Assembly: GCF_009914755.1 (NCBI RefSeq)
Contig: NC_060927.1
DNA from: the human T2T-CHM13v2.0 reference genome, Homo sapiens
DNA: 64,000 bases
Direction: 5' to 3' (one strand)
Shown: piece by piece, positions 48,734 through 63,838 of the stretch
How the letters are laid out: each line of letters begins with the position of its first letter
Position numbering within the stretch: the stretch's first letter is position 1
Position numbers and translations under genes: made by a program
The notes under the pieces: model-generated
The model's input: only the letters and a program-made list of their open reading frames with translations
Told to the model about the DNA's origin: nothing
Database searches by the model: none

Positions 48734-48878
48734 CAGGACCAAACACATAATTTGCAGGGTCAAGTACAAAATGAAAATGTGATCTCTTGTTAAATATTTT
48801 TACCGAATTTCAAGATGGCAGCATCAGCGCGGGGCCCTGTGTGACTGCACAGGTTGCACATCCATGAAGCTGTTCTTG
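48734..48878 (-). mobile_element. MER45A-like hAT (Tip100) non-autonomous DNA transposon
   Basis: caggacc...ataatttgcaggg...aaaatgaaaatgt...ggggccctgtgtgactgcacaggttgcacatccatgaagc matches the reverse of MER45A as I recall it. Confidence 0.75.
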
Positions 48879-49189
48879 CAAACATCTACAGCTAATTTTA
48901 AAAATCTGAACAGAAGTTTGCAATTTTGTTTTAAAAAATTGAGGGTATTTTGTATTAATGGGGGAAAAGAGGCTTTTAAATATCTAGGTGTGTTTCTTTT
49001 CCCTGCACACTGAGGTTGTCTTCAAAAGAAACTGGACCCTCTGTATCTTTATTCAGTGGGGCTATTCCTATGTTTCCAAAAGATTTAGTAAGGCAGGCTG
49101 GTTTGCCCCTCTGTGAACAGTCCTCAACTCTTGCTATACTGCAACATCCAATTGCTCTTCAGCCAAGACCTGGCCTAGATTTGAGGCTC

Positions 49190-49400
49190 CACAGTCGGAA
49201 ATGCATGGATTTTGAAGCCCAAATGTGTTCGAATTCCAGTTTCACCAATTATAGTTTAGTGACTTAAAGCAAATTACTCAGTCTTCCTACAGCCTCAACT
49301 TCCTCATCTATAAAATGGAAGTGATAATCCCTAGACGCATAGAGTAGCTGGGAGGATTAAATAAGGTAAAAAGAAAGGGTTTAGTACAATAAGTGCACAA
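49190..49400 (+). mobile_element. MIR upstream of the STAC promoter
   Basis: gttcgaattccagtttcacc...gcctcaacttcctcatctataaaatgg...ggaggattaaata (MIR core). Confidence 0.7.
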
Positions 49401-50021
49401 CAAACGAGGAACAGGTGTCCATATACACACTGCATTATCTCTCTGCTTTAGATCAAAGCTGAATGGAGAAAACGCAGTGCCCGTGAGTCAGGGGACCCCC
49501 ACTCCGACCCCTGCTCTCTGTCACTGAACCCTATAAATAGCTTAGCTAAGTCACTGTCTCAGTCACTATTCGTTGGGGTGAGGAATGAGGGAGTTGTTGC
49601 AAGTGGCTCTTTCTGGCTATATCATTCACAGATTTTCTATTCTTTGGGGTTTGGGTCTGAATTTTCAGCATCCTCTCTGAAGAATCACCCCCACCCAGTG
49701 CCGGCGTGCGCCCAGCCTTCCCCCAGCCCTTTCCAGGGCGCTGCCCCCTGCCTGCCCTCACTACTCCAGGCGCTGGCCGCGCAGCCCCGCCCTGGAGCTG
49801 CCTCCCCGCCTCCTTCCTCCTCCTGCGGGCGAGCAGAAGCCCGCTCGCCCGCTGCCGAGTGGCAGTCACGACTGTGAGGTCGCCGGCGAGGTGGCCGCGG
49901 GCGCGGCGGGGCGGGGCAGGGCGCACTCTCCTCCACGCCCGCGGAAGTGCCGGGGAGGTGGGCAGGGCGGGGAGGGAGAGGGAGCGAGGCTGGAGGAGGG
50001 CACGTCGGCGCCTCGGCGAGG

Positions 50022-50048
50022 ATGGGAGTCCCCAGGACCCGGAGCTGA
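50022..50048 (+). other. Candidate upstream ORF (MGVPRTRS*) in the STAC 5' leader
   Basis: aggATGg (A at -3, G at +4), TGA at 50046-50048, out of frame with the main ATG; depends on the TSS lying upstream of 50022. Confidence 0.6.
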
Positions 50049-50134
50049 GCAGCCTGGCGCGCGGCGGGCAGGGCGCGCAGGACAGAAGCCTCGCTGTTCC
50101 TCCGGGAGCCCAACACCGTTCCCGCGCGGCCACG

Positions 50135-50245
50135 ATGATCCCTCCGAGCAGCCCCCGCGAGGACGGCGTGGACGGGCTGCCCAAGGAGGCGGTGGGCGCC
50201 GAGCAACCGCCCTCTCCTGCATCCACCAGCAGCCAGGAATCCAAG
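50135..50245 (+). CDS. STAC: STAC (SH3 and cysteine-rich domain-containing protein, STAC1), first coding exon, 37 codons
   Basis: gccacgATG; MIPPSSPREDGVDGLPKEAVGAEQPPSPASTSSQESK, recognised as the human STAC N-terminus; phase-0 donor AAG|gtaccg at 50245/50246; the next exon was not seen in the window. Confidence 0.93.
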
Positions 50246-53200
50246 GTACCGAGCACGCTTGCCCCCAAGAGAACACAAACTCACTCTCCTCTCCTGTCGG
50301 TCCAGCTTTGTCTCTCCTCCTATCTAGCACGGGCGTGGGGGTCTGAGACTTGCTAGTTAGCCCAGGGCTGTAGGACTTGAACGTCCGGTAGGACCCGCTG
50401 CTCACGATGCTGGACCACGTCCCTGTGGACCCAGCCTTCCCGCCCACACATTCACACACGCAATTCATGGTGGCTCCGGGTTCAGAGATCGATTTCTTGC
50501 GGGGTGGTAGCTTGGTTTTTTTTGTGCTTTGAACCTGCTTGTGTCCAAAGCACGTGTAGGTAGGTATTAGGTGGCTTCTGAAGGCTGAGGGATGGAGACA
50601 GCCGAGGGATACTCTTCCAGAAAAGCTTGAGTACTGGGCCAGAAAAGCATGTATGTATCCCGAGGGTCTCAGAGATCTTTTGCTTAACAGGGATCACCCC
50701 TACCTTCAGATACTACTCACTAAAAAAGAAAAAGAAAAAGAAAGGGTTTGCCTGCGTTTGTCTGAAAGTTGATGTTCCTCTTGTGAAAGTTAATACTCTA
50801 AGAACCTATACTTGCTTTTATGAAAGTTACACTAACACGTATACAAAAAACCAAGCCCGCAGCAGTTCTCCTGTCACTGTTACACTTCCTCTGAAACTCC
50901 CGTGGGTGCCAGGCACATGTTTGAAAATCTTGGAAGAGGATAGAGTAAAATGTGGCTGCTAGCAGTGCAATGCCAAATGGCAACTCAGCTGGTGGTGGAA
51001 ATCCTAAGATGGAGTTTGTAGTTACGTGGATTCTTTTAAGTGTAGAGCTCCTGGCTCTTTATTCTGATTTCATTGTGCGATCCCCAGGCATTTGGGGAAT
51101 GTGAGGCAGTCCGTGTATACCAGCAAAGGAAAGGGGTTGCCAGTTTATAGGATAGGGACAGGCCAGATGGGGCAAGGAAGACTGCGATCCTGTCTCTCTT
51201 CACATGCATCCCTGGAAGCCATTGATATGATCAGGAGGATGAAAATCACAGCCTGAGTGGCTCTGGGGATTTGGTGTGATACTGGGCACTGTACATTTCC
51301 CAGCCCCCTGAAGTTAACCATCAATGATGGTAATCTAAGCCCGAAAGCTTTACATCTTATTTATTTTTATTTTTTTCCTGTTACTTACTGGCTGCCAGAC
51401 CTGGGGTATGTGTGTCAACTTTTCTAAAACTCGGTTGGAAATGAGGGAAAAAGCCCCAACTTCCAGAGACATTGTGAGGAGTACATGAGAGGCCCTAATG
51501 TCCACCTGGTATACTGTAAGGACTCAATCATGTTTATCCTTTTCCTTCCTGAGATAAAGAGATGGAATCTATCTCATCTCAAATGATCCACTCCAAAGCA
51601 ATCTGATAACCCATACACATGCACTACCTCTCCTCAGTCAAAAAGTTTCTGGGTATCATTGCCTCCCATTGAACATCAGTCCCCAGAGTGATATAGGTTA
51701 GTGGCCATTTTAGAGGAAAGCTAGAATTCTATAAATGAATGTAGCTGAACTCAAGAGTAAAACTAGTATTGAACTTTTTGAATTGGCCTGTTGCTCTGCA
51801 GTAGGCGTGTTCTGGAAAGGGCTTAGCATTTGGGCAAACAGTGGCATGGTTCAAATGCATTATATGGATTTGCTATTTATAGATGTCCTAATGGAAATTA
51901 TTTGGCAGAGCAAAAGCCACATATGTAATGCCCATAATTATCCACCAATTTATCTGGCTTATGGTTTTGTACAAATTAGTTTTTCTCAAAGTGGTCTATA
52001 CACCGGATGTGTGTTTCTACATTCCTAAATTTGATGTCATGGCCTCAGTAAGCTTAATTAGTGGAGATGAACTATGGCAGCCCATGAACCCTAGGAAATT
52101 GAATGCAATATTGTATGCCTACATGTGAATTTTTCTTGGCATAGCATTCATGATATTCTCAAAGTGATCCATGCCCCTTAAAAAAGGCTAAACTGCTAGT
52201 AGGGAGGAACGTGTGGTAAGGTAAGGGAGTAGGATGGCATGACACTGGAGGAGAGGAAGGCTCAATTCATTCTATTCTAGGAAGGCCACATGTTAAAGCT
52301 TACTGGCGTTTACAAGGATCTTTGACCCTGAGCATGAGAGCTTGGTGAGGAAAATGTGAACAAGACAGTAATATGCATTCCATCTTACTCTTCCATGAAG
52401 TGGTCTTGTTTGTAAAATATCTTGTGGGACAAACATGGTTCAGGCCCCCTTGGCATTAAACTCTCTCAAGGAAGACTTAAAGTTACTTTTTTTAAAGAGT
52501 TAGGTTTTTTTGTCTTATTATAAGAGTAACAAATACTCTTTGTAGATATTTGAACAGTCCAGACATAAATGATGAAAAGAAAAATAAATTAGCTCTTGGT
52601 TTACCATCCAGAAGCATCTACTAATAAAACTTTGATCTATATCTCATGTCTTTTTAAATCTGTTTATATATTTACATAGTTGAGCGAGAACAATAGTGAG
52701 CATCTACTGAATGTTTACTGTAAGTCAGATACAACCTTAATCTTCACAATAGAAGATTCTGTTAATATTTCTATTTTATGGATGGGGAAGTGGAAGCCAA
52801 GAAAGGTTAGATCATTTTCACTGTGAAAATTTATTTTATTACGGAAAATTTTAATATACACAAAAGTAGAGAAAACAGTATAAAGAACTGTCATGGACCT
52901 AATCATGTGGCTTCACAATTAATTCATGGACAGTATTGTTTTATGTATTACCACCACCACCACCACCCTACACATACTGGATCATTTTAAAGCAAATTCC
53001 AGACATGAAATAACTTCACCCGTAAATATGCTATCAGGTTACATCTCTCAAGGATAAGGGTTATTTTCATAAACATGACTATAATCCCAATTAGCACATA
53101 TTTCAGGTGTTTTAAGCTAAGGGCCACTATATTCTTTAGAAGCCCACAAATAGTCTTTGGAAAATCTGTGAACAACCCGAACCAGCATTCAAAGTTGTCC

Positions 53201-53769
53201 ATGTACATGCATATATGCATCATCTAGGGAAAGAATTTATAGCTTATCTCAGGTTCACAAAGGGTCTATAGCTTCAAAGGTTATCTTAATGTCCTTTTTC
53301 TCTTTCTTGAGGAAATTGAGGCCCAAAAAGGGGCAGTGACTTGCCTGAGATCACACAGATAGTTACTGGCAATACCCTTACCTACAAACCCCGTCTTGGA
53401 CTTTGGTATCCCAGTACAGTTTCCTCAGAGCAAATTTCTGTAAGCACAAGTCATAATATAGTTTAATGTAATTGTGGGTTTTCTTCTTTATGAAATTAGT
53501 TGAGTTGAATAAGTTTGAAAGCCACTGATGTATCATACCCTTCTATCTTCCCACTAACTATTTCAGAAAGATGACAGCCTAATTTATTTTTTAAGGGCTT
53601 GACAGAGACCATTGAATATAAACAAAAATTTCATGTCCCATTATCCCTTATTTCAATGAATATCTTTTCTCCTACTGACTTATTGACAACATAGAAAGCT
53701 TGCTAGTGTCTAATGTGAAGGTTTGCTATAAATCTCTTTGTCATCACTTATATGACACAAGGTCACATT

Positions 53770-53806
53770 TTGATGATATTGAGGAATCACACCTCAATAT
53801 CATCAA
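53770..53806. repeat. Perfect 15-bp inverted repeat with a 7-nt spacer
   Basis: TTGATGATATTGAGG-aatcaca-CCTCAATATCATCAA. Confidence 0.95.
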
Positions 53807-54974
53807 TATCAAAGGTGAGATTGACACACCTCTGTGAACATGCCTAATACCTCAAAGCCTCAGCTTCCTCATGGGGATGCTGATGGGGCTGCTACTACCC
53901 AATTGGTGTGCTTTTTGTAAGGCCTAAGAATATGTAATACACCTAATATGTTTGTTATAAGCATACACAAACATAAACCATTATTTATTTTCTCTATTTG
54001 TTTCAAATCAGATGACTGCTACCACCAGCCAACCCCAAATGTCATCATTGGAATAATTTCAATAACCACAACTGACATTACCATAATGTAACTGAGTTTA
54101 CCTCTTTGGGCTTTTAGTTATGCTAATTGATTACAATGAGACTTCACTTCAGCTATTTTGCATCCCCAAGAAGATAAGACATAGACTCACCAGCATGTGA
54201 TTTAGATTTTGAAATGGTGCTATAAGCCACCCAGTGCCCTAGTGGAGCCACGGACCAAAGTGACCCTCATTCCTGGAGGATTATTTCTGAACCTGGACCA
54301 CAATCCAACCTATGAAAAAGAAATCTCTAACCATGAAGACGTGCCCTGAATCTCCCAGAAAGATTTCTGTGTCCATCTATCAGCAATTATTTATTGAGTG
54401 CCTACTTTGTGCCCAGCATATCTCATACATATTTGTGAAGCTGTTATTAATAAGGAATTTAACTTCTATTCAGGGAAGAAGATGAAAGAAAACGAAACCT
54501 TGGCTTTGCATTGAAATCACCAAGGGAACCCAGGCCATAGGCTAGAACCACTAAGTTGAAATCTCTGAGAGAGATCTCAAGCATCAGTATTTTCTATACA
54601 GATGCCCACTGAAAACAGAATTAGAATAGTGTATACATAAACCCAAGTTTTGCTTTTTCTTCCACCTAATGTTATACGTAGTCTTCCTATACTTTTAAGT
54701 AACCAACCACACAAATATTGAAGATAGCCTAATATTCCATTTCATTGTTCTACCACATCAATTTCAGCAGTCCCTTCTGATTTCATATTTAGGTTCTTTC
54801 CCAGATTTCATACATTTAAAAAATATTAAAATATACATTCCAATGCATAAATATTTGTATATGTTTCTGATCAGTTTCATGACAAATAGAATTAACTAGG
54901 TCTGAGTATAAACACTTCTAAGGTATTTTATTCTCATAACCACAGTGACCTCAGAAAAAGTTGTATTATAGTCT

Positions 54975-56480
54975 TTTTTTTAGTAAACTTTTCATCAAAG
55001 TACAACATCATCCCCAAAACTGCACATATTAAAAGTTTATAGCTTGATGAATTTTCAAAAAGATAAACTCTTGACCTTTGTGTGACCACCTCATAAATCA
55101 CAAAAAGAATATTACTGACACCCCAGAATCTCTCTCATACCCCTTTCTAATCACTAACCTCCTAAAGGTAAATAGTATCCTCACTCTAACAACATAAATT
55201 ATTTGCTCATTTCTGAACTTTTGATAAATTGAATCATACAATATTTTATGCCTGACTTCTTTCACTCAACATTATGTTGAAATTATCTGTGCCATTGTAG
55301 GTAGCAATAGTTTTCATTTTTATTACCATATAACATTCCATTGTATGAATGGAACACAGTTTATTTACCTACTCTACTGATGATGGACATTTGGATTGTT
55401 TCTTGTTTTGGGCTGCTATAAGCCATACTGCTATGAACATTCCTTATATATATTCTTTGTGGCACATATGAAGCTCTTCTATTGGGTATATACCTAGAAG
55501 TGGCATTTCTGGCTTATAGGGTATACACATGTTCAGCTTTAACATACTTTTCAAAATGGCTGTACCACTTCATATTCCTGCCAGCAATGTATAAGACTTC
55601 AATCCACTCTTTGTGCTACCATCGTTTCATATTATCTTTCTCATTTTGGCCATCTAATAAGCAATTAATGGTATTGCAATGTGGTTTTAACTTGTATTTC
55701 CCCAATGACTAATAAGCTTAGCAGTTTTTACATGTTTATGGCATTTGATGTCTTCTTATGTAGTTGTTCAAGTCTTTTGCCATTTTTCTATTGGGTTATT
55801 TGCTTCTTATTAATTTGTAGGGGTTCTTCTCATATTCTGGATATGAGAACGTTGAGAGAAAAAGTGTATTGCAGATATTCTCTTCTACACTGAAAAAAAA
55901 AAGGCTTACCTTTTTTCTTCTTCACTGAAATTCCTAATTTAATGTAGTCTAATTCTTACATTTTTCTCTTCTATGGTTGTGCTTTTTGTGTACTGCTTAT
56001 GAAATCTTTGCCTATTCCAAAGTCATTTAGATATTCTATTATTATTTTCTAGAATTGTTATTATTTGCCTTTCACAGGTGGATTTACAATTCATTTGGAA
56101 TTGCTTTTTTGGTATGGTGTGAGGTAAGGGTCAAGATTCATTTTGACTATGCCACTTTTGCTATCCATAAATAATTTGACTGTATATGTGCAAGTTTCTA
56201 TTCTGCCCATTGGCCTCTTTGTCTTACCTTCTACCAGTACAGCACTGTCTTAAATGTAATGATTTTATTTAAAAGGTCTTGATATCTGGTAGCGTAAGCC
56301 CTGGAGCTTTGCTCTTCTTTTTCAAAACAGATTTGAGTTATTTTTGATTCCTTGCATTTCCACGTGCACTTTGGAATCACCTGATCAATTTGCACAAAAA
56401 CACCTGCTGGGATTCTGAATGGAACTGCATTGAATCTATAAATCCATGTGGAGAGAATGGGCATGTTCTCACTCCAGAGT
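54975..56480 (-). mobile_element. Old L1M (L1ME-like) 3' segment
   Basis: ORF 56231..56464 MPILSTWIYRFNAVPFRIPAG is an L1 ORF2 motif; typical reversed 3'UTR. Confidence 0.75.
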
Positions 56481-56789
56481 ATTTGCTTTTGTCAAGTCCC
56501 CTAAGACATCATTGAGAGGAACCAAATTTTGTTACTTTTTCAGTTTGGGGTTTACCAAACCAACTTTTGCTGTCTAAATTCAAGCCTCAAATCTATGTGA
56601 GGGCAGATCCATGAATAAGAATTCCAAGATAAATATTTTATATTTACTTATTTATTTTTGTCCACCTTAAGACTAAACTAAGATTTCTTTATCATCAACC
56701 TGAGTTGGTAAGAATTTTGTTTCTAGTTCATTTTTTTCCTTCTTTTTTAGATTCTACTCCACGTAGACATCAAAACCAACCTAGGTTTT

Positions 56790-57660
56790 TCTTGACTGTG
56801 GTAAAATATGCGTAATGTAAAGTTTACCATTTTAACCATTTTTAAGTGTACAGTTCTACGGCATTAAGTACATTCACACTGTTGTGCAGCCATAACCACC
56901 ACTCATCTCCAGAACATCTTTATCATCTCCAACTGTAACTCTGTACCCATTCAACATTAATTACTAATTCCCCATCCCCTTCTTTCCCCAGTCTCTGGCA
57001 ACTACCATTTTCCTTTTTATCTATATGAATTTGACTATTCCGGGTTTACCATATAAGAGAAATCATATAATATTTGTCCTTTTGTGATTGAATTATTTCA
57101 GTTAGCATAATGTCTTCACAGCTCATCTATGTTGTGGCATGTATCAGAATTCCCTTCTTTTTTAAGCTGAATAATATCCCATTGTATATATATACTACAT
57201 TTTGTTTATCCATTAATGCATCAGTGAATACTTGGGCTGTTTCTACCTTTTAGCTACTCTGAATAATGCTGCTATGAAGTGGGTGTGCAAATACTTGTTG
57301 AAGTCCCCTCTTTCATTTCTTATGGGTATATAACCAGAAGTGCAATTGCTGGATCATCTGGTGATTCTATGTTTAATTTTTTGAGAAATTGCCATCCTAT
57401 TTTCCACAGTGGTCGCACAGTTTTGGATTCTGACGAGTAATGCACAAGGATTCCAGTTTCTCTGCATCCTCACCAATACTTGTTATTTTCTGGGTTTTGT
57501 TGATCCTGATGGGTACAAGATGGTATCTCATGTTTAGTGATGTAGATCATGTTTTTATGTGCTTATAGGTTATTTGTATATCTTCTTTGGAGAAATATCT
57601 AGTCAAGGCCTTCGTCCATTTTAAAATTAGATTGTTTGGTTTTTGTTGTTGGATTGTAGT
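56790..57660 (-). mobile_element. L1MB-like 3' end
   Basis: tgtggtaaaatatgcgtaatgtaaagtttaccattttaaccatttttaagtgtacagttc. Confidence 0.8.
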
Positions 57661-58669
57661 ATTATAGCTTTCTAACCAGCAAATTTGAGTGATGCAGAAG
57701 TATTGAATTTTATTATCATTTTACTTACATTTATTCATCGAAAGGGTTATTTTTCATGCCTTTTTATTACTTGTCTTTTTTGGTATGTGAATTATCTGTT
57801 CATGTCCTTGTCCATTTTAATACTGTTTTTTCATTTCCTATTGGTTTTAAAAAATTATTTATAAATATTAAATTCAACCTTTCAGATACATTGCTAACAT
57901 TTTCCCAGATTGAAATTTGTCTTTTTTCAATTCTATTACATTTTCAATGTAGAAGTTTCCTTTTTTATGGTTTTAAATGTCTCAAATTTATTTAGCTATG
58001 TTTTCTTCTTTTCAATTATATTTAGAAAGGACTTCCCAACCCTGAGAACAGAAAAATAAAATAACCTGTATCATTTCTCTAGATCCTCAATATGTACTTT
58101 TTGCTTTTATCATTTTCATCCATCTGGAATTTATATCATTATGTAGTATGAAGAAATCTATTTTTTCCCAAATGATGAATCAGTATTTCTAAAACCATTT
58201 GTTGAATAATTTATTCTTTTTTCACTGATTTGAAATTTTACGTTTTTTATGTAATAAATGGTAATATGTATTAGATTCTCTTTTAGAGTTATCTGTCATA
58301 TTCTAATGTTTTGTAACTTTATTTTTGCACTTATTATTGTACTGTACTCTTGCATGACTATTATGCTTCAATTTTTGTAGCTTAATAATAGAGTTTGATA
58401 ATTAATAATACAAGTACCCTCTTGGAAGTTTTATATTTATCTGCACTCAACTTTTCGTTTTCTACCAAATTATAAAAACAATATTTTGAAAGCAATTTCA
58501 TGAAACTCCTAATATTATTTCAGTGAAATCTTTACAATTATGAGATTTCTTATCCAAAAACATAGTATATCTGTAGTTATTGAAACGCCTGTCTTTTATG
58601 CCTCTCATAAATGCTTGAAATTGTCCTCAAATATTTCCTGCCAAAATTCTTTGTTAGCTATTTTCCAAC

Positions 58670-59016
58670 TGTCTTGGTCCATTCAGGCTGCTAAAACAAA
58701 ATGTCATAAACTGGGTTTATAAACAACAGAAATGTATCTGTCACAGTTGTAGAAGCTGGAAAATCCAAGATCAAGGCATCAGCAGAGGGCCTGTTTCCTG
58801 GTTTATAGATGGAATCCTGTAGCTGTGTTGTCTCATGGTGGAAGGGGCAAGGTAGTGCTCTGAGGCCTCTTTATAAGGGCACTAATCCGAATCATGAAGG
58901 CTCTGCCCTCATGTCCTAATCACCTCCCAAAGCCCTCGCCTTTTAATACCGTCATACTGGTGGATTAATTTTCAACAAATGAATTTCAGGGGAACACAAA
59001 CATTAAGAACATAGCA
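58670..59016 (-). mobile_element. MLT1A-like MaLR solo LTR
   Basis: tgtcttggtccattcaggctgctaaaacaaaa ... acacaaacattaagaacatagca. Confidence 0.8.
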
Positions 59017-60499
59017 CACAGTATTTTATACTCTGACTTACTATTATGAATTACCATTTTTATATTTTTTAACTGGTGATAGCTGGCACATAAGAAATTC
59101 ATTTTTATATTAATTTTATAAACTAAAATCATTTATATTCCATTTCTTATCCATTAGTAAAGAAATACAATGTTGCTTACTAGTTCAGAGCATGGGCACA
59201 GACACAGCCATGTTCAAATCCCATTGTGCCAGTTTAGGATGCCACTTAACAAGCTTTCCTGTCCCTCACTTCCCAGAGATTCACTGTGCTTTCCATAAAG
59301 TGAGCATAATAATGTCCTCTGCAGCATTGCCATTCAAGTTAATTAGTGTATGTAAAGTGCTTAACACAGAGCCTGGCATATAGCAAGCAAATTCAGATTA
59401 TCATAATATGTGAAATAATAATTTTGCCTCTGTAACTATAATTCTCTTTCATTTGGGGGGGAAAGGGAGTGCAGTGGGTAGGGACAGGGGTTTATTGCTG
59501 GAGAACTTCCAAAAGTATGGTAAATATTAGAGAGATACCAGGCTGGCACATGACTTAACTTTAAATGCCACTAGTGTTTTACTATACATGTAGTATTGTA
59601 CAGTATTGGTGCTGACAGGTGGCCTTAGCTCTCCTGTAAACCACTAGCCACTCTAGAAGCCACCAAAAGTACTTATACAGCCTGAGAAAAATCATGTGGT
59701 GCACTGCAAATTCAACTTAAAGACAAATCCATTTCCAACTAAGTCATTCCTTAAGATCCCCTTCTACACAAATTCCAGACATCCCACTCATGTTCACAAT
59801 TAAACTAAGACAGTCTTTCTCATTTTAAAGATAGGTCGTGTTCCTAGCTTATGAAGAATTTCCATCAGGAATAGATGTGAAATTGTTTCAGATGACTTTT
59901 TGGCAAGTATGGAAGTAATCATGTGATTTTTCTTTTCTTTTTTTTTTTTTTTTTTTTTGTCCTTTGGTCTCTTTATCTGATGGATTATATTAATAGATAT
60001 CCTAATATTAAACTCTTATTACAGTCCTGGAACAAGTCCTGCTTGGCCATGGGGATTTTCTTTTAATAAACTCCTGGGTTTTGATTGCCAATGCTTTATT
60101 ATTTTTACATCCACATACATAAGGGAGATTGTTCGATAACTGTCACTTTTGTGTTCTTGGTCAGATTTTATTTTTAAGGCTATGCCAAGTTTCAGAAAAT
60201 GAATTGGGAACATGTCCATGAATGTTTTTATTTTGTTTTTGTATTTTTATGTATGGAACATTTTATGGAACCCACAAATAATACTCTCTTTGAATGTTTA
60301 AAAAAATGCCAATAATATCTAAACCTGTCACCTATCTTAAAACAAAATTTGAAAATTTTTTTCCATTATTAAATTCTATTCCTTTTTTCCTAAATTGGCT
60401 TGAGTCAGATTTGTTAACTTGTATTTTACCAGAAAATTATCCATTTTACTTAAATCTTCATAAGATCTCCAGATGGGTTATAGGAGGACAGCCCTGGGA

Positions 60500-62850
<2,351 letters not shown>

Positions 62851-62993
62851 CCGGTGCTTCTGGAGAAAGCAGAGAACACAGATGATAAACAAGGTAAAAA
62901 AAATGCATAACATTATTTTAGGCAGTGATAAAGCTAAATAGAAGAGTACTTGTGGAATAGGGTAGCATAGGAAGCTATTTTACGTAGACTGAC

Positions 62994-63360
62994 TGCTATG
63001 GGCTGAATATGTGTGCCCTCCAAAATTATGTTGAAACTCTAATCTCCAATGTGATAGTGTTTGGACATCAGCCTTTGGGAGATAATTAGGTTATGAGGGT
63101 GAAAGCTTCATGATGCAATTGGTGGCCTTATAAAAACAGACAAGAGAGAGCTTCCTTCTTCTCTCTGCTCTCCCTCATGTGAGCGTGTAGCAGAAAGCAG
63201 CCATCCATGAACCAGGAGGAAGGCCCTCAGCAGGAAATTGATCATACTGGCACCCTGATCTCAGACTTCCAGCTTCCAGAGCTGTGAGAAATAAATGTTG
63301 ATTGCTTAAGCCACCCAGTCTGTGGTATTCTTATTACAACAGCTCAAACTCTCTAAGACA
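62994..63360 (+). mobile_element. MLT1A-like MaLR solo LTR
   Basis: tgctatgggctgaatatgtgtgccctccaaaa ... aataaa ... ctctaagaca. Confidence 0.8.
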
Positions 63361-63634
63361 GTGACCAGAAAAGGATTCTGTGAAAAAGTAAGTTTTGTTT
63401 CAGAAACCAGAATGGAGTAAGGGCATGAGTTGTGTGAAGATCTAGGGGAAGAGAAGAAGCTGGCGGTGGGGGAGAGATCTGAGCAAAGCCCCAGAGGTGG
63501 AACAGGCTTGCATTTGTGAAGAGCAGCTACAAATCTTGGGTGCTTCTTGTTGAGTAAACAACAGGAAAAATAACAGGAGGTGAGTACAGACACCTAAACT
63601 CACCTACGGAGAGGTGAGTCCAGTGGCTGGATCT

Positions 63635-63838
63635 TCATTGTCCAATATGGTAGCCATTAACCACATGTGGCTAGTTAAGTTTATATTGAAATTAATTGAA
63701 ATTTAAAAATCAGTTCCTTAGTAACACTAGCCATATTTCAAGTACTTGGTAAGCACATGTGGCTAGGGGCTACTGTATTAAACACCACAGATTAGAGAAC
63801 ATTTTCATGATTGCACAAGGTTCTAGTGTACAGTGCTG
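63635..63838 (-). mobile_element. MER3-like hAT-Charlie DNA transposon
   Basis: tgtccaatatggtagccattaaccacatgtggcta ... cacatgtggctaggggctactgtatt ... acagtgctg. Confidence 0.8.

Larger units (their letters stand above)
49700..50500. promoter_or_regulatory. STAC: CpG island / STAC promoter and first exon
   Basis: Sharp rise in GC and CpG density; GC boxes (GGGGCGGGG ~49908), ETS-type CGGAAGT (~49942); spans the ATG and first splice donor. Confidence 0.92.

Noticed and set aside
50246-50356. STAC frame continues VPSTLAPK...ETC* past the exon
   Set aside because: Intron read-through after the AAG|gtaccg donor; known STAC continues with different residues from exon 2.
50395-50415. Possible REST/RE1 site in STAC intron 1 (ccgctgctcacgatgctgga)
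   Set aside because: Only about 13/20 matches, and the GGACAG half-site is broken.
49546-50468. Several long overlapping ORFs (151-240 aa) on both strands over the CpG island
   Set aside because: Expected from stop-codon scarcity in GC-rich DNA; low-complexity R/G/A/P translations. Only 50135-50245 is recognisable coding sequence.
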